Assembly: GCF_001194135.2 (NCBI RefSeq)
Contig: NC_068999.1
Coordinates: forward strand, 42,322,549-42,358,270
DNA from: Octopus bimaculoides
Lineage: Eukaryota
Direction: 5' to 3'
Length of the DNA: 35,722 bases
In this document: in pieces, positions 24,582 to 35,395 of the stretch
Numbering within the stretch: position 1 is the stretch's first letter
How the letters are laid out: every line of letters begins with the position of its first letter
Translations under genes and position numbers: made by a program
The notes under the pieces: generated by a model
Seen by the model: only the letters and a program-made list of their open reading frames with translations
What the model was told of the DNA's origin: nothing
Databases searched by the model: none

Positions 24582-24746
24582 AGGCACAGGCTGTGTTGTT
24601 AATAACCTTGGTCTGCAAGAAGTTGGTCTCAGGTTCAGTCCTACTTTATGACAACGTAGGTATGTATCTGCCACCATTGCTCCCAGACCGACCAATACGA
24701 ACTATTTGAAATTTGGTAACCAGAAATTGCGTTGAACTCTATCGTA
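24582..24746 (+). mobile_element. SINE family B, old copy with tRNA-like head
   Basis: AGGCACAGGCTGTGTTGTTAA...AGGTTCAGTCC (B box)...CCGACCAA...ATCGTA followed by (TA)n; homologous to 18555-18655 and 30438-30505. Confidence 0.7.
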
Positions 24747-26389
24747 CATTATATATATATATATNNNNNNNNNNNNNNNNNNNNNNNNNNNNNNNNNNNA
24801 TATATATAGATAGATAGATAGATATATGTTGAAGGAAACAAAATTGAGAGGATTCGATGTATGAAAAATTTATCTGTATGTTAAAAATTATTGAAAAGTT
24901 TCTTTTAAACCAAAACAACAAAAATAATTTGAATATAAGTTGTAATGCTCAAAGAGTATTACGAAAAAAAACCTACATATATTTCTGTGCTGTCCCCTAG
25001 TTAATTATAAATTCTAATTATTTGGTTAAATGTTAAGAAAAAAGTTATATTCTAACTATATGGTGTAGGACGTCTTCAGCGTTTTTATGAGCTTGTAAGT
25101 CTTAGGTTATCATCTTTGAATAATCCCTAACATATACAAGTGACTTTCGCATTATATGATAGAGATTAACCAGTGGAATTTCTCAAATTACATAATCCCT
25201 AATGAGGTTATAACTCTCTCGCATTGACTATATATATGTGTATGTCTGTGTGTGAGTGTGTGTGTTTGTTGGTTTTTGTTTGTTTGTCCCACCGTTTGAT
25301 AATGAGTGTTATTTTGTTTACGTCCTCTATCTTACAAATCATGTAAAAGATTAAAGTCGTAAAGGTATCCTAACATGTATTGAATAATTACGTCAAGGAA
25401 AAGGTGCCTGTAAGTCCGAAACGCATAATACGGTCTGTGACGGTTCTTTTAAAGGAAAACAAATAGATAGTGTTGGAAAAAGTGTCAGGATTTTGGTACT
25501 GCACGAAATTAATCATTAAAATCGACCGATGGGCTGGTTTTTGCGGTATGTGTCTTGTAGAAGTGCTGCGTTAAAAACTCAATGAATATTTGTGAGAGAC
25601 GGAAGTTCGTTCCTGGCTAGCGAAAGTGCTAAACGTGTTTCGAACGTTGAACAATGCCGAGTTAGAATAAATGCAAAGGAGTCGGTTGTTCGAGAAACCC
25701 TGAAGGGTAAATCAGTGCTTTTATTGTGGATGGGAAAATAATTTTGAATTTCAACATTAAGTACAGTCTATGTCTTTCCGCGTTGCTTCATACGACCAAC
25801 CAATTCCACGCCTTGTGCTGTCGGTGTAGAAACCGCGTGGAATTGCACTGAATGTGTGAATCATTCATCCGTGCTAGTAATTTTTTTCTTCCAATATTCA
25901 AGTTGACCTAGTTTCTGCAATACGATTGAAGATTTATATTAATTGTTAATCCTATAATAATAAACATATCCAAAAAGAAAAAGAAAAAAATTCTATCGAT
26001 TGCATTGAGGAAGTATGTTGGCCATTGTTCATTTTCTAAATATAAAGATGTTATTATAATTCTTCAGAAAAGTAACAATAGGAAGGTCTAGGAATTATTT
26101 TACCCGAAGAAAATTATCGTTGGAACTGTAATGAAACAACTTCGACTAGAAAATCGAGATTACATCACAAGATATAATTTTCATTTGCTGTCGCTTGCCA
26201 TTTATTGACATCGGCGCCATTAAAAGCAATATTCCAATACTTGAACCAAACGAAATTCAACGATTAAAGTGAATATTTAAAAAAATATAACACAACATAT
26301 ATTTAATGCATGAAAGTACGTATGTGTGTATGTATGTGTATAATGTATCAATGAGTGTGTATGTGTGTGTGTATATATACATATAAATA

Positions 26390-26426
<37 letters not shown>

Positions 26427-26646
26427 NNNNNNNNNNNNNNNNNNNNNNNNNNNNNNNNNNNNNNNNNNNNNNNNNNNNNNNNNNNNNNNNNNNNNNNNNN
26501 NNNNNNNNNNNNNNNNNNNNNNNNNNNNNNNNNNNNNNNNNNNNNNNNNNNNNNNNNNNNNNNNNNNNNNNNNNNNNNNNNNNNNNNNNNNNNNNNNNNN
26601 NNNNNNNNNNNNNNNNNNNNNNNNNNNNNNNNNNNNNNNNNNNNNN

Positions 26647-26689
<43 letters not shown>

Positions 26690-26805
26690 CATACATACAT
26701 ACATAAATACATACATACTCGTATACTGAAGCACAAACACGCGCTCAAGCACGCACGCACACACTCTGTATACATATATCTTTGTAAATAATCCAAGTGC
26801 ATGCT

Positions 26806-26856
<51 letters not shown>

Positions 26857-28242
26857 CATATCTATATATATTTATACAATATATTTGCATATTTATACAC
26901 CCACACGCAAAAACACCCACATATATAGACAGATAGATACACACATACACGTGTGCATTTTTGTATGCAGCTCAATGTATGCACATTCTCTGTAGCAATA
27001 TTGAACAATATACGCTATTTGAATACTCCAAGAATTACAGCATTGTTTTGTACGAAAACAAAGAAGCTACTGTTAGGCATTTCTAAAGAATGGCGTCTAT
27101 TATGTAACCTTATCGTACATCATTCAGTATCCACTGCAAAAATAATTATGGTACCGATTGATGGTGATAATTCCGTCGCCACCTCAAAGATTTTCCGACA
27201 TTCCTCTAATAAATATTTTGTTATCATTTAGATACTGTAATAAAACAAAATTTATAGTAAAGCAATATGTATTATAGTTATATAATTTTACATATTTCCA
27301 ACGTACACTGTTGTTATAGTAATTTCATCTATTATTGTTGTTGTTCTCGTTGTTGTTGTTGTTGTCGCTTCTGTTCCTTGTGTGGGTCTTGCTCTCATTT
27401 TGTTGTTGATTTGGTAATCAGTGTTGTTGTTTTATGTCTCGTTTTGTCTACTTTCGCTTCTTGTACTGATGCAGTGATTGTAGTGGTGGTCGTCATTGTC
27501 GTTTTTACTGTTGTCGACGTTGTTGTTGTTGTTGTTGCTGTTGTTGTGGCAGATGGTTTGTCGTGCGGCGGAAATATTTCGTTATAATTTTTATAATTTT
27601 GTTTCAGTCTGGTTTGGCTTGAGTTTTTCGAACTTTTGGGGTTTGGGCGATAAATCCGCTGGCATCGCTTGTTTGTCCTATCGTCCTTCTTAAATTCCCT
27701 TCCAATTTTAGCCAGTCGGACACCTTTTTATCTTCCTTGCCATTTATATATTTGTGGGTTTCGAGAATATGTGTGTGCGCGCGCGAATGGTGGTGGTAGT
27801 GGTGGTGGTGGTGCGTTTGCAAATAATTTGCTCTGCTGTGATCTCACAAGTCTTTGTTGGCGGTGGCGACACCGTCAGTTCTTTGAGGTCGCTTCTGCTG
27901 CTTACATTAGTTGTTGTTGTTTTTATACGTGACACTCGTGGTGTTTGTGTAGTTGTTACGATCGTGGTGAGGCAAATGTGATTGATGATAACTCGCTTCT
28001 CCTATTTACCATTCTGGGGCAGGAAAACTTGGGCTGGCACATGTATAGCATGTGTAATTCTTCACAGTTGTCTGTAACGAAATGTTCGAGGAATCCAACA
28101 AGATCTTTGCATTAGATCAGCACCGGGAACTCCCATCTAGTTTACTTGATGTATAAATACATGAGACCGGAGCATTCACTCTGGACTAGACGCTGGTGTC
28201 TGTTGCAGTGTTCTAAGCCAGCAAGTTTGAACGAACAAGCGC

Positions 28243-28290
28243 AAGTCGATTACAGCGACCCCAGAACTTCATTGGTACTTTATTTTATCG
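28243..28290 (-). mobile_element. SINE family A core fragment
   Basis: agtcgattacagcgaccccagaacttcattggtactttattttatcg. Confidence 0.6.
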
Positions 28291-29754
28291 TGTATGTCAC
28301 GAGCAATCCCGCAGAAACGGCAGTTTTCGATCAGGGAGTAATTATAATTTCAATATTAATAAGAAAAGGGTAAAATTAATTAATTAAGTAATTAATAATT
28401 TTAGCAAGTAGATCGGTACGTTAGAATAACCTTTTTAGGCAAAATTAAACAAATATTCTATAATTATAAACGTGATTATAATTAGGGGGTCAGCTAATTG
28501 CTTCACCACATGCCGAATTTAGAAATAGGAGTTAAAAATTCCTTTTCTACTACCGTATGAATCTCCCACTGCATATATATATATACACACTTACACACAG
28601 ATATAAATACAAAACAACACACAAAAACAGACACATGCTTATATTTTAAATAATACGTATGTATTATTGCATAAATATAATTGCATAAATAAATATATTC
28701 GTTTACGAATTATATACATGCACATATTTATGCATATATNNNNNNNNNNNNNNNNNNNNNNNNNNNNNNNNNNNNNNNNNNNNNNNNNNNTGTGTGTTTG
28801 AGTGTGTGTGTGTATGCAATTATGTACGCATGTATGTTTACCTATAGCATAAGTGAACGAGAGATGTTTCCACCAGCAATAGAGTCCACAGCCTGCCTTT
28901 AATGCAAAAACAAACAAACAACAAAGCAATCATATCATTTTTCATATGAAATAGAAGTCGAGTAAGAAGAACAAAGAAATCGATTTGAATCCCGTGCACA
29001 TAAAGGTTTTCTAACTTTGTCTTTTTTTTTTTTTGCCTCTCAGATTTTTTAAGAGGAATCTATTTGAAATGAATTCAAGAACAGAATGGAAATTCTTCAA
29101 ATTATTCGTAAAGAAATATGTCTTGGAAAACATTTCAGGCTTCATTTAAATTATTACGACCTATTACAAATTCTATGCGTTTACGCGTGTATATTTTAAT
29201 TGATTTTGTCATTCATTTTTTTTTTAATTTCTAAAATTAGCATTTTCTTTCACATTGGAATTAAAATCAAAATTAAGAACCTCATTGCTAAAATATAAAT
29301 TAAAATTCTCACTTTTACGATATGAAATTTAATTTAGAGAAAAGAAGTTTTGTCTTCAATCTCTTGCTATTTGTTATTAAACGTGGTTACATGGATTGGG
29401 TTGCCACAGAATTTCCCATTATCTGAAATTTGATTCGTTCCTAATGTAATATCCAGTAATGACGGTCTGTATGAATTCTACAGCGTTAAAGAATATGACA
29501 GGTTTTAATTAGGTCAAATTTCCGTCACACTTCGCGATGAGGCAAGGACGCTTTGACAACAGAAATCATGTTATGATGCTGACATCATATCATTGCATAT
29601 TGCCATACACCTATATATAAGTAGACACAAGCACAAACAAACATATGCGCATACGTCTACTCGCACACTCACATATACTAGCACACATGTATACACTCAG
29701 ACACACAGACACATACATACATACATACATACATGTCTATTTTAAAAACTTTTG

Positions 29755-29910
29755 TCTTTTAAAAGTTTCAGCCATTTGACTGTGGCTATGCTGGAGCACT
29801 TCTTTCAGGGGTTGTAGTCGAAGAAATCGACACCGCGTGTTATCTTTTGAGTCTAGTTTTTATACTGTCGAACCCGTTTGCCGAACTGCTAGGTTACGGC
29901 GACGTAAACA
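29755..29910 (-). mobile_element. SINE 3' module (probably the tail of family B)
   Basis: gtttcagccatttgactgtggctatgctggagcac...gccgaactgctaggttacggcgacgtaaacacacc. A short homologue, gtttcagccaagtggctgcggtcatgctggtgcacc, lies at 14413-14450. Confidence 0.75.
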
Positions 29911-29985
29911 CACCAATACCAGTTATCCAGTGTAAACACACCAACACCAGTTATCCAGTGTAAACACACCAACACCAGTTATCCA
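29904..29985. repeat. 28-bp tandem triplication at the SINE edge
   Basis: GTAAACACACCAA(T/C)ACCAGTTATCCAGT starting at 29904, 29932 and 29960. Confidence 0.95.
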
Positions 29986-30437
29986 CCTCACACACGTCAC
30001 ATATAATCATTACTTACATTCTTATAAAAGCCTTTATAATGTGGAGACAGTGCCTCAGCATGGCCGTAGTTCAATGACTAAAATTTGTAAAAGAAGGAAA
30101 TTCTATATATAGTGGCTTGTGTTTGTGTGAATATTATCAAGTTTTAAAAAGTAGGAGATTAAAGTTTATGAATAATTCAAGAATATGTTGAAGACGAAAG
30201 GAGAAAAAATGGTAAAAATGAACAATAACTGAATTATATTGACAATAATACCCTGGCATTTAATTCTATATTTATGGCATGGAGATATTAAACTTGGATT
30301 AAACTGTCTTCTAATTTAAGATCGAACGGATAGAAATTAGGATTTTCCAACAACAGACCAACAATATTTATGTCTAAATGTTACAAGAGAGAGAAAAATA
30401 TATTCTTACTTTGCAGTGATAAATATAGACAAAACAT

Positions 30438-30505
30438 AGGTAGAACGGCTGTGTGGTAGGAAACTTGATTGCAAACCATATGGTTTCGAATTCGGTTCCA
30501 CTTCG
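30438..30505 (+). mobile_element. SINE family B head fragment
   Basis: GGCTGTGTGGTAGGAAACTTGATTGCAAACCATATGGTTTCGAATTCGGTTCCAC, a tRNA-like A/B box region. Confidence 0.6.
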
Positions 30506-30537
30506 ACAAAACAGTTCTATATTTGAGAGATAAGGAA

Positions 30538-30684
30538 TTATTTGCATTATTTACATTTGACGGATATTTCTCTTCATCTTGTTTGTTGTTAACACAACGT
30601 TTCGGCTGATATACCCTCAAACCTTCATCAGGTGTCTTGGGGGAAATTTCGAAGCTGGGTTCTCATTCCTAAGGTATTTTTCGA

Positions 30685-30758
<74 letters not shown>

Positions 30759-30824
30759 TCACTGCTTGGAATCGAACTCGGAACCTTGTGGTTAGTAGGC
30801 CGCGCTCTTAACCACTACACCATC
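30538..30824 (-). mobile_element. Composite SINE candidate: tRNA head, (AAT)n linker and a 147-bp hammerhead-bearing tail
   Basis: Minus strand GATGGTGTAGTGGTTAAGAGC (A box), GAGTTCGATTCC (B box), GTGACCTG, (AAT)n, then TCGAAAAATACC...CTGATGA...GAAACGTT...GTAAATAATGC. Confidence 0.75.
30591..30636 (-). ncRNA. Minimal type-I hammerhead ribozyme motif (stem II partly eroded)
   Basis: GACAC CTGATGA A GGTTT gagggtatat CAGCC GAAA CGT T GTGTT. Confidence 0.55.
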
Positions 30825-30968
30825 GAATAATACCTTAAGAATGAGAAGCCAGGTTCAAAATTTTCCCAAGACACCTGATGAAGGCTGGAGGGTATATCAG
30901 CCGAAACGTTGTGTTAACAACAAACAAGATGAGGTCAAATATCCGTCAAATGTAAATAATGTAAATAA
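30823..30968 (+). mobile_element. Inverted second copy of the same tail
   Basis: Reverse complement of 30538-30684, with about 13 differences in 147 bp by manual alignment. Confidence 0.92.
30870..30915 (+). ncRNA. Minimal type-I hammerhead ribozyme motif
   Basis: Stem I GACAC/GTGTT, core CTGATGA plus an extra A, stem II GGCTG/CAGCC, GAAA, palindromic ACGT stem III, GUU cleavage triplet (predicted cut after 30910). Confidence 0.65.
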
Positions 30969-31344
30969 TAAACGGTCGACGATGTGTTCCAAGACAGTTC
31001 CTACCCGAAAAAAGCGTTATGACTAGTTTGGTTTCGCTTTTTGATATTTTGAAACAGTCAAAGGAATATTGTCCAACAGACTCAAAGAAAACTTATTCTT
31101 CGTTCAAGCGCATGTCTTCTACTTCGGAGAATCACTTCTATCAATTGTTCACCGAGGCTTATTATGGTATGTCACATTCTATTTGTTTTCGGGTCTGTTT
31201 TGTTTTGTCTTCATTATTATTTTATCATTTTTGTTGTTGTTGTTATTGTATATCGATCTGCTTGAGATATGCCATCGATCAGATGGCAACAATACATGGT
31301 ATGTGTGGGCGACAATAATCGAAATGTTTAAAAAATTGTCACGA

Positions 31345-31549
31345 TGGTGTTATTGATGATAATGATGATGATGATGATGCTAATGCTGTTATTGATGATG
31401 ATGGTGGCGATGACGACGACGACGATGATGATGACGACTCTGGTTATTAAGAGGATGATTGCGAGGATGAGGGAGAAGAAGAGGAAAAATTGGAATCACG
31501 GCGAAGTTCTGAATGACGACGGTACACGTGAGAAATGTTGACGACAGAA

Positions 31550-31630
<81 letters not shown>

Positions 31631-31652
31631 TAATAATAATAACAATAATAAT

Positions 31653-31695
<43 letters not shown>

Positions 31696-32135
31696 GTGGA
31701 GAAGAAGAAGAAGAAGAAGAAGAAGAAGAAGAAGATCAACAACGACGGTGACGTTGCTGATAATGTCGATGAGCATGTTCATGAATTATATCGATGAATA
31801 TCGTAGTTAATATGGTGGATTCCATGTTGGTGCTTACGATGATGACGACGATGATGATGCTGATAAAATAATAATAATAATGAAATTAATAATAATAATA
31901 ATAATAATAGCATCAATAATAATTATTATAACGGTGTCAATCGTCGTGAGTGATGGTGACGATGATGATGGTCTTGATGATGATGGTCTTGATGATGATG
32001 GTCTTGATGATGATGGTCTTGATGATGATGACGGTCGTGATGATGATGATGAGGTTGATAATTATGTTGATGATGATGATGATGATGATTATGATGGCGA
32101 TGACGGTGGCAACGACGGTGCTGTTGATGACAAGA
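31345..32135. repeat. Compound microsatellite field (GAT/GAC/AAT/GAA) including 15-bp (GATGATGATGGTCTT)x4 at 31961-32020
   Basis: Read directly. Confidence 0.95.
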
Positions 32136-32908
32136 TATTTCTGCCTGCTGAATATGTAAGCAAGGCTCATTTGATGTAATAAATCACAGAAGACGAACGC
32201 CGTTCCGTTCTTTGAATGGTTCCTGAATTCATCCCTATCGAGGCAAATGAAACATTTGTCACCGTTACGAACGAATACGTTGTTTATTATTATCATTTTT
32301 TTTTCTTTTACTTGGAAGAAATTCTTCAATAGAGGAAAACAAAAGAGGTGAGTTTTATTGCGAGGTCAAACGGAAACAAGCGTCCATTTTTCTTGCTGTC
32401 ATCATGATTAAACTAAAAAAAAAAAGAAGAAATTAAGAAAGACAAAAAACAAATGGTAAGGCGGAATGACAACATTAGATGTAGTGCAAAAATTTTTCTC
32501 TGTCATTTTACTGTAACAATCACTGGAGTGTGATCATCTTGCAGCAAGCTCTTAAATGGGTTGTTTTTGCTGGATTATATCATCAGCAGGCAGCACTATT
32601 TTTGTATTATATAGNNNNNNNNNNNNNNNNNNNNNNNNNNNNNNNNNNNNNNNNNNNNNNNNNNNNNNNNNNNNNNNNNNNNNNNNNNNNNNNNNNNNNN
32701 NNNNNNNNNNNNNNNNNNNNNNNNNNNNNNNNNNNNNNNNNNNNNNNNNNNNNNNNNNNNNNNNNNNNNNNNNNNNNNNNNNNNNNNNNNNNNNNNNNNN
32801 NNNNNNNNNNNNNNNNNNNNNNNNNNNNNNNNNNNNNNNNNNNNNNNNNNNNTGTGTGTGTGTGTGTGTGTGTGTGTGTATCTATTCGAAAAGTATAAAC
32901 ATATTAAT

Positions 32909-32939
<31 letters not shown>

Positions 32940-33425
32940 ATATATTTATATATATACGTATATAAAATTTCCCAAAAGTTAAACATAAAAGCACATGTAC
33001 ATACGTCTAGACATGTAGCTCTATGCATGGTTACATGTAGATGAAACAAAACCTATAGACCAGCACATGTACTGTGGGTAAATCGTATGTGTATATGGCA
33101 CATCGCATTCACACACACACATGCACACGCACGATTACCCTGTCGATCTTTAAGGAAGTGCAACGAAAGAAGCTTGGTAGTAGATCAGATATTGTCTCTT
33201 TCTCCATTGGCGAGGAGTCAGGAAATGAGCTAAATAATCGTAAAGATACACACATATAAAAAAAATAAGTAACTGCCTTGGTCTTTACTGCCCAGAGTCC
33301 TTCAAGCTATGGGGCCGGTTTAGCGATTTCCGAACCGTATCAGAAGAATCCCTCTTCAATGGAGCGACTGACAGTGCCAAGGTTAGTTATTTACCGCTGA
33401 ATGACCTTGAAATTTATGAAATGAA

Positions 33426-33522
33426 GAGCTGCCCTAAAGAACACCACGCATGTTCCGGTCGGGAGATTGAAACCACGATCTTGTGATCTTGCATGCAGCA
33501 CCCCCGAGCACTAGGACACGAG
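33426..33522 (-). mobile_element. tRNA-headed SINE (family C), diverged
   Basis: Minus strand CGTGTCCTAGTGC (A-box-like), GTGGTTTCAATCTCC (B-box-like), then GGTGTTCTTTAGGGCAG, resembling the TGTGTCCTTGGGCAAG SINE core motif. Confidence 0.6.
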
Positions 33523-34338
33523 CACTCCACACACATAAACGCATAGGCATACACACACAGACACATATACACACACACGTGTAAATATATACACGCGCAC
33601 ACACACGCATGTATATATATATANNNNNNNNNNNNNNNNNNNNNNNNNNNNNNNNNNNNNNNNNNNNNNNNNNNNNNNNNNNNNNNNNNNNNNNNNNNNN
33701 NNNNNNNNNNNNNNNNNNNNNNNNNNNNNNNNNNNNNNNNNNNNNNNNNNNNNNNNNNNNNNNNNNNNNNNNNNNNNNNNNNNNNNNNNNNNNNNNNNNN
33801 NNNNNNNNNNNNNNNNNNNNNNNNNNNNNNNNNNNNNNNNNNNNNNNNNNNNNNNNNNNNNNNNNNNNNNNNNNNNNNNNNNNNNNNNNNNNNNNNNNNN
33901 NNNNNNNNNNNNNNNNNNNNNNNNNNNNNNNNNNNNNNNNNNNNNNNNNNNNNNNNNNNNNNNNNNNNNNNNNNNNNNNNNNNNNNNNNNNNNNNNNNNN
34001 NNNNNNNNNNNNNNNNNNNNNNNNNNNNNNNNNNNNNNNNNNNNNNNNNNNNNNNNNNNNNNNNNNNNNNNNNNNNNNNNNNNNNNNNNNNNNNNNNNNN
34101 NNNNNNNNNNNNNNNNNNNNNNNNNNNNNNNNNNNNNNNNNNNNNNNNNNNNNNNNNNNNNNNNNNNNNNNNNNNNNNNNNNNNNNNNNNNNNNNNNNNN
34201 NNNNNNNNNNNNNNNNNNNNNNNNNNNNNNNNNNNNNNNNNNNNNNNNNNNNNNNNNNNNNNNNNNNNNNNNNNNNNNNNNNNNNNNNNNNNNNNNNNNN
34301 NNNNNNNNNNNNNNNNNNNNNNNNNNNNNNNNNNNNNN

Positions 34339-34388
<50 letters not shown>

Positions 34389-34410
34389 GCGTATATAAAA
34401 TATATTGATG

Positions 34411-34599
34411 TTAAAGTTTGGCACAACGCCAGTATTTTCGCGGTATGGGCATAAGTAGATTACATTGACTTCAGTGCGCAACTGGTACTTATCGATCCGA
34501 AAGCCGACCTCACCGGAATTTTGAACTCAGAATGTAAAGATGGACGAAACAGCTGAGTACTTCGATTTGGGTTCTAATGATTCCACCAGCTTTTCGCCT
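34411..34599 (-). mobile_element. SINE family A, diverged with internal deletions
   Basis: aagtttggcacaacgcc...gattacattgac...aactggtacttatcgatccgaaag...ggaattttgaactcagaatg...ttccaccagc. Confidence 0.85.
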
Positions 34600-35172
34600 G
34601 ACGTATGTGGAATAAATTAAACCGAAATTTCCAGCGGTTTGCCCTCGTTGTACTGTAGCCGAATCAAACAGCAAGACCATATTATTGCATCCATAAGAAC
34701 ATTGTGATTTTTAGTTTGTTATCACCGCCTCATATTCCTCTTTTCATCACCAAGTTTACACTTACGAATTAAAGCCTGACTACCTTTCACAGCTGCAATA
34801 ATATGTTATTCCTGTTACAAACCTATAACTTAATTATCATAATGGCCTTAATTTCTTAGTTATTAAATAATTAAAATTGCACCTACAGAGCATAGAATCT
34901 AAGATCGGTGATAGCGCAGTACATGAGTATGTTTAAAACATATGCATATTTAAAACGTATTGCAACAGGATGTAGCAATATACATTTATGAAATTTGGAC
35001 CAGTGGAAAGGACATTTTGTTTCAATAATCATGCTGCGTTCTAGAGAAATATGAGTACTTTATGCTTTAAATTTCTTTTGCAAATGGCTTTAAACATTTT
35101 TATGAAACTGGTGTACTGTTATATGTTTGTATGTCTGCTGTGTTTCTACAATGCTTGTTATGTGTATAGCAA

Positions 35173-35322
35173 ATATGAATGCATAAATGCAAATGTATAT
35201 GAATGCATAAATGCAAATGTATATGAATGCATGAATGCAAATGTATATGAATGCATAAATGCAAATGTATATGAATGCATAAATGCAAATGTATATGAAT
35301 GCATAAATGCAAATGTATATGA
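35173..35322. repeat. 24-bp minisatellite (ATATGAATGCATAAATGCAAATGT), 6.25 copies
   Basis: Six full units with a single substitution (in unit 3). Confidence 0.97.
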
Positions 35323-35395
35323 CTGTATATATCTATCTATCTATGTCTATCTATCAATCAGTATCTATCTCTGTATGTCTGTCTGTCTATACATA

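Noticed and set aside
25390-25430. AAGG...CCGAAACGC resembling a PLE or hammerhead end
   Set aside because: The CUGANGA core is absent and the stems do not pair.
27267-27587. Cys-rich, metallothionein-like ORF
   Set aside because: The cysteines derive from (TGT/GTT)n repeats; there is no ordered metallothionein pattern.
31880-32179. Asp-rich ORF with DDDGL repeats and an AT|GTAAGC donor
   Set aside because: It is embedded in a GAT/AAT microsatellite field with no polypyrimidine acceptor; an acidic exon cannot be supported without RNA data.
31937-32329. CFICLD motif suggesting a RING finger
   Set aside because: The remaining RING ligands are missing and the ORF runs into microsatellite.
35100-35312. 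His-rich (HLCIHIHL)n ORF
   Set aside because: It is the translation of the 24-bp minisatellite.
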